Shown here: one piece after another, positions 20,969 through 24,000 of the stretch | Position numbering within the stretch: position 1 is the stretch's first letter | Layout: each line of letters begins with the position of its first letter | Assembly: GCF_000620785.1 (NCBI RefSeq) | Contig: NZ_JIAI01000018.1 | Location: 89,187-113,186 of the forward strand | From: Pseudonocardia acaciae DSM 45401 | GTDB lineage: Bacteria > Actinomycetota > Actinomycetes > Mycobacteriales > Pseudonocardiaceae | DNA: 24,000 nucleotides | Direction of reading: 5' to 3' | Notes under the pieces: model-generated | Database searches by the model: none | The model's input: only the letters and a program-made list of their open reading frames with translations | Told to the model about the DNA's origin: nothing | Program-made: the position numbers and the translations under genes

Positions 20969-20987
20969 GGCCGCCAGTTTCCCCCAT

Positions 20988-21057
20988 ACCGGGATACTTT
21001 GCCCGGTTCGTGACTCATAGTGGGATGTTGAGGGGGACCGCGGCGGATCCCGCCGCG
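20988..21057. promoter_or_regulatory. Inverted repeats in the IclR/MHS-transporter divergent region (candidate operator and/or leader hairpin)
   Basis: Read directly: ACCGGG (20988-20993), an 8-nt spacer, then CCCGGT (21002-21007). A perfect 8-bp GC repeat CGCGGCGG (21039-21046), atc, CCGCCGCG (21050-21057) lies 28 nt upstream of ATG 21086. The functional assignment is inference. Confidence 0.35.
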
Positions 21058-21085
21058 CCACCCGACCCGATAAGGCACGTACTCG

Positions 21086-22438
21086 ATGACCAACAGCTCG
21101 AACAGCGACGTCCGAGGGGGCTCGACCGCGTCGGAGCTCGGCGGCGCGGGGAACACGGCCGACAGCCCGGCGGCCCGGCGCGCGGTGGTCAGCGGCGCGG
21201 TCGGATCCGCGCTGGAGTGGTTCGACTTCTCCGTCTACGGCGCGCTGTCCGCCACGGTGTTCCCGAAGCTGTTCTTTCCCGAGCTGGCTCCGGGGGTCGG
21301 CCTGCTGGCCAGCTTCGCCACGTTCGGCGCGGGGTTCTTCGCCCGGCCGCTCGGCGGGCTGGTCTTCGGTGTGCTGGGCGACCGGGTGGGCCGCAAGCGG
21401 GTGCTCACCTGGACGCTGCTCCTGATGGGCGCGGCGTCGACCTTGATCGGGCTGCTGCCCACCTACGGCAGCGTCGGGTTCGTCGCTCCGCTGTTGCTGG
21501 TGATGCTCCGGTTCCTGCAGGGCCTGGGGCTCGGCGGCGAGGCCACCGGGTCCCAGCTGCTGTCCATGGAGCACGCGCCCGAGGGCAAGCGTGGCCGCAA
21601 CGGCGCGCTGATGGCGATCGGCTCGCCGATCAGCCAGGTGGTCGCCACCCTGGCGCTCACCGCGCTGGCCGCGACGATGTCGGCGGAGGCGTTCGCCGGC
21701 TGGGGGTGGCGGGTCCCGTTCCTGTTCAGCGTCGTGCTCATCGGGGTCGGCGTCTACATCAGGGCGCGGGTGGCCGAGACCCCGCTCTTTCTCGCCGATG
21801 CGCGAGCCTCGGACAAAAGGGACCGGCCCTCCGCGCTGACGGTGTTCAGGACGCATCCGAGGATTCTCACCCTGCTCGTGCTGACCTGGGCCTCGTCGGC
21901 GTCGGTCTTCTACATTTGCGTCACCTTTGCCATCAGCTATCTGACCGGCACCCTCGGGCTGAGCAACAGCATCAGTTTCAGCCTGCTGCTGACCGGCAAC
22001 GCGCTGTCCATCGCCGCCGGCGTGCTGGGCGGCTGGCTCAGCGACCGCATCGGCCGCCGGAAGGTCTTCGCCATCGGCACGGTCGGGCTGCTGGTGTCGG
22101 TCGTTCTGCTGTTCCCCCTTCTCGACCTGCGGAGCTGGTGGGCGAGCGCGGCGGTGATCAGCCTCGCGCTCTGCTCGGTGCAGCTGAACGCGGGGGTGCA
22201 GCCGGCGTTCTACGCGGAGGCGCTGCCGACCTCGGTGCGGTACACCGGATCCGCGATGGGGTACACCCTGGCGAACCTGATCTTCAGCGCGCCGACCCCG
22301 TTCATCGCCGCCTTTCTGCTCGGGCTCTTCGGGGGCAACCCGATCGGCGTCACGGGTTATGGGCTCGTGATCGTCATCATCTCGGCGGTGGCCCTGTACT
22401 TCATGCCCGAGCGCTACGACCGGCCGCTGGAGCGCTGA
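21086..22438 (+). CDS. MFS transporter, metabolite:H+ symporter (MHS) family (KgtP/ProP/ShiA-like)
   Basis: GSALEWFDFSVYGALSATVFPKLFFP, LGDRVGRKRVL and LRFLQGLGLGGE are signature-like for MHS transporters. The protein is 450 aa. Confidence 0.85.
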   Translation: MTNSSNSDVRGGSTASELGGAGNTADSPAARRAVVSGAVGSALEWFDFSVYGALSATVFPKLFFPELAPGVGLLASFATFGAGFFARPLGGLVFGVLGDRVGRKRVLTWTLLLMGAASTLIGLLPTYGSVGFVAPLLLVMLRFLQGLGLGGEATGSQLLSMEHAPEGKRGRNGALMAIGSPISQVVATLALTALAATMSAEAFAGWGWRVPFLFSVVLIGVGVYIRARVAETPLFLADARASDKRDRPSALTVFRTHPRILTLLVLTWASSASVFYICVTFAISYLTGTLGLSNSISFSLLLTGNALSIAAGVLGGWLSDRIGRRKVFAIGTVGLLVSVVLLFPLLDLRSWWASAAVISLALCSVQLNAGVQPAFYAEALPTSVRYTGSAMGYTLANLIFSAPTPFIAAFLLGLFGGNPIGVTGYGLVIVIISAVALYFMPERYDRPLER

Positions 22439-22440
22439 TT

Positions 22441-23196
22441 ATGTTGCTGACAGAATGCGTCGCGGTCGTCTCAGGCGCGGACAATGCCAAAGGCATCGGT
22501 TTCGCCATCGCCCGGGCTTTTGTCGCGCACGGGGCGCGGGTCGGGCTGATCGGGCTGGGTCAGCGCGAGCTGGCCGGGCTGAGCGACTCGCTGGTCGGTC
22601 CCGACCGCGCCGAGGCGGCGATCGGGATCGAGGCGGACGTGACCGACCCGCCGGCGGTGGCGTCGGCGGTGGACCGGGTGGTGGCCAGGTTCGGGAGGCT
22701 CACCACGGTGGTGGCGAACGCCGGCATCGTGGAGGGCACCGCGCTGGCGGACGTCACGCCCTCGGCGCTCGCCAGGATGGTCGAGGTCAACCTGGGCGGC
22801 GGGCTCAACCTGGTGCAGGCCGCGCTGCCGCACCTCGGCCCGGGCGGCTCGATCGTGACCATCGGCTCGATCGCGGCCCAGCAGGGCGGCGGCCTGCGCG
22901 GTGGCCCGCACTACGCGGCGTCCAAGGGCGCTGTCGTCTCGCTGACCCGCGCGATGGCGCGCGAGCTCGGCCCCAGGGGGATCCGCGCCAACACCATCCA
23001 CCCGGGGATCGTCCGGACGCCGATGACCGAGGACGCCTCGCCCGAGCTGGAGGCTCGGCAGGCTCGCGGCGTCCCGCTCGGCCGGCTCGGCGAGCCCGAC
23101 GACATCGCGGGCGCCGCCGTCTTCTTCGCCAGCGGCCTGTCCCGCTACACCACCGGCACGGATCTGGCCGTCAACGGCGGCTTGTACATCGGATGA
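22441..23196 (+). CDS. Short-chain dehydrogenase/reductase
   Basis: This is the last 251 codons of track ORF 21010-23196. ATG 22441 lies 2 nt after the transporter stop. Motifs: SGADNAKGIGFAIA (Gly-rich cofactor motif), NAGI, YAASKGA (YxxxK). Confidence 0.85.
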   Translation: MLLTECVAVVSGADNAKGIGFAIARAFVAHGARVGLIGLGQRELAGLSDSLVGPDRAEAAIGIEADVTDPPAVASAVDRVVARFGRLTTVVANAGIVEGTALADVTPSALARMVEVNLGGGLNLVQAALPHLGPGGSIVTIGSIAAQQGGGLRGGPHYAASKGAVVSLTRAMARELGPRGIRANTIHPGIVRTPMTEDASPELEARQARGVPLGRLGEPDDIAGAAVFFASGLSRYTTGTDLAVNGGLYIG

Positions 23197-23215
23197 GCAC
23201 GATCGAGGAGGGCCA

Positions 23216-23638
23216 ATGGCCGACGTGAAACCGGTAGTCACCAGGAGCGGCGAGGAAGAGCGCGGCACCGGCCAGTCCGGCGGCGCGGTGCGCATCTCCG
23301 GGGTGAGCGCGCAGCACACGCCCGCCACCAGGATCTGGTTCGGTCAGGTGTCGAACGAGCCGGGCTACCGGTCGCTTCCGCACCACCACGGCGAGGCCGA
23401 GACCGGCGGGTACGTGCTCCGGGGTTCGGCTCGGATCTACTGGGGGGAGGACTACTCCGAGTACCTCGACATGCGCCAGGGTGACTGGGTGTTCGTCCCG
23501 CCGTTCATGCCGCACGTGGAGGCGAACATGAGCACCACCGAGGAGCTGGTCTGGCTGACCGCGAGAACGCCGGAGAACATCGTGGTCAACCTGGAGGACG
23601 TGCCGGACGAGTCGCTCGCGGGCTACCGGCGGGCCTGA
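23216..23638 (+). CDS. Cupin-domain protein (cupin_2 type, 140 aa)
   Basis: Cupin motif 1 is HHHGEAETGGYVLRG and motif 2 is GDWVFVPPFMPHVEAN. GAGGAGGG RBS lies 4-5 nt upstream of the ATG. Confidence 0.8.
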   Translation: MADVKPVVTRSGEEERGTGQSGGAVRISGVSAQHTPATRIWFGQVSNEPGYRSLPHHHGEAETGGYVLRGSARIYWGEDYSEYLDMRQGDWVFVPPFMPHVEANMSTTEELVWLTARTPENIVVNLEDVPDESLAGYRRA

Positions 23639-23643
23639 GCGGG

Positions 23644-24000
23644 ATGAGACACGTCATCGTCACCGGTGCGGCGGGTGGGATCGGCTCCGCCGCGGTTCAC
23701 GAGCTGTTGGCCGGTGGGTTCGCGGTCACCGCGATCGACCTGTCCACCGACGCGCTCGACCGGCTCCCGCACCACGCGCGCCTGCTGCCGGTCGCGGCCG
23801 ACGTCACCGACAGCGGCGAGGTCGCCCACGCCGTCGCGGCCGGCATCGAACACCACGGCGCCCCATACGGACTGCTCAACATCGCCGGCAACAACCGACT
23901 CGGCCCACTCGAAGACATCACCGACCAGGACTGGCACTTCCTCATCGACGCCAACCTGACCAGCACCTTCCTCATGTGCCGAGAAGTCATGCCACACATG
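23644..24000 (+). CDS. Short-chain dehydrogenase/reductase, 3'-truncated by the window edge
   Basis: This ORF is not in the ORF track because it has no stop inside the window. My own translation from ATG 23644 gives MRHVIVTGAAGGIGSAAVHELLAGGFAVTAIDLS..DVTD..LLNIAGN.., a TGxxxGxG Rossmann motif plus NxAG. The ATG is 5 nt after the cupin stop. GC3 is high. Confidence 0.75.
   Translation, partial: MRHVIVTGAAGGIGSAAVHELLAGGFAVTAIDLSTDALDRLPHHARLLPVAADVTDSGEVAHAVAAGIEHHGAPYGLLNIAGNNRLGPLEDITDQDWHFLIDANLTSTFLMCREVMPHM

Noticed and set aside
16543-23515. Shadow ORFs over the MFS, acylase, IclR, MHS and SDR genes. Examples are 16686-17873 (+), 17496-18734 (-), 18476-19951 (+), 19770-20987 (-), 20105-20965 (+), 20189-21856 (5' part), 21010-22440 (5' part), 22455-23228 (+) and 22471-23328 (-).
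   Set aside because: They have low-complexity Arg/Pro/Gly-rich translations without motifs. Each overlaps a frame that has clear family signatures.
1-24000. A search by eye for tRNA/rRNA genes, CRISPR repeat-spacer arrays, IS or transposase genes with terminal inverted repeats, integrases, toxin-antitoxin pairs or defence-system genes.
   Set aside because: I recognised none. Every ORF with coding-like GC3 could be assigned to a metabolic, transport or regulatory family, or to one of two orphan small ORFs. Apart from the N26 elements, no long direct repeats were seen.

Overview
This is a high-GC, actinomycete-type chromosomal segment. By eye it is over 70% G+C, and real reading frames have almost all-G/C third codon positions. 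It is densely packed with catabolic genes. I recognised no rRNA or tRNA genes, CRISPR arrays, IS or transposase genes, or phage genes. I support 24 CDSs in five blocks. (i) 3-4801 (+): a HyuA/HyuB hydantoinase-family pair, a hidden 93-aa Cys4 acetone-carboxylase-gamma-like ORF, an SDR and a class II aldolase-fold protein, chained by overlapping or near-abutting stops and starts. (ii) 4798-7148 (-): an aromatic-acid MFS symporter and a 4,5-dihydroxyphthalate-decarboxylase-like protein. (iii) 7305-15525 (+): a nine-gene translationally coupled operon. It encodes a phthalate-family Rieske oxygenase, a small ORF, a Rieske ferredoxin, a second small ORF, an amidohydrolase, a LigB-type extradiol dioxygenase, a LigJ-like amidohydrolase, a PhnW-like class V aminotransferase and a ThDP enzyme. 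(iv) 15546-20116: a PaaX-family repressor, a divergent ACS-type MFS transporter and a convergent Tat-lipoprotein penicillin-acylase-family hydrolase. (v) 20189-24000: an IclR regulator, an MHS transporter, an SDR, a cupin and a second SDR that is truncated by the window edge. The most interesting signals are as follows. The ring-cleavage operon ends in an aminotransferase plus a ThDP enzyme rather than the usual dehydrogenase and aldolase. Its LigB homologue carries Gln at a metal-ligand His position. Its Rieske ferredoxin has a roughly 20-residue insertion between the cluster-binding motifs. Two orphan small ORFs are interleaved with the oxygenase components. GAAAC-N26-GTTTC inverted repeats sit in the only AT-rich islands of the window and bracket the paaX-like gene. 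Most long ORFs in the supplied track are antisense or out-of-frame shadows typical of high-GC DNA. All family calls rest on motif recognition and memory. No database search was possible.
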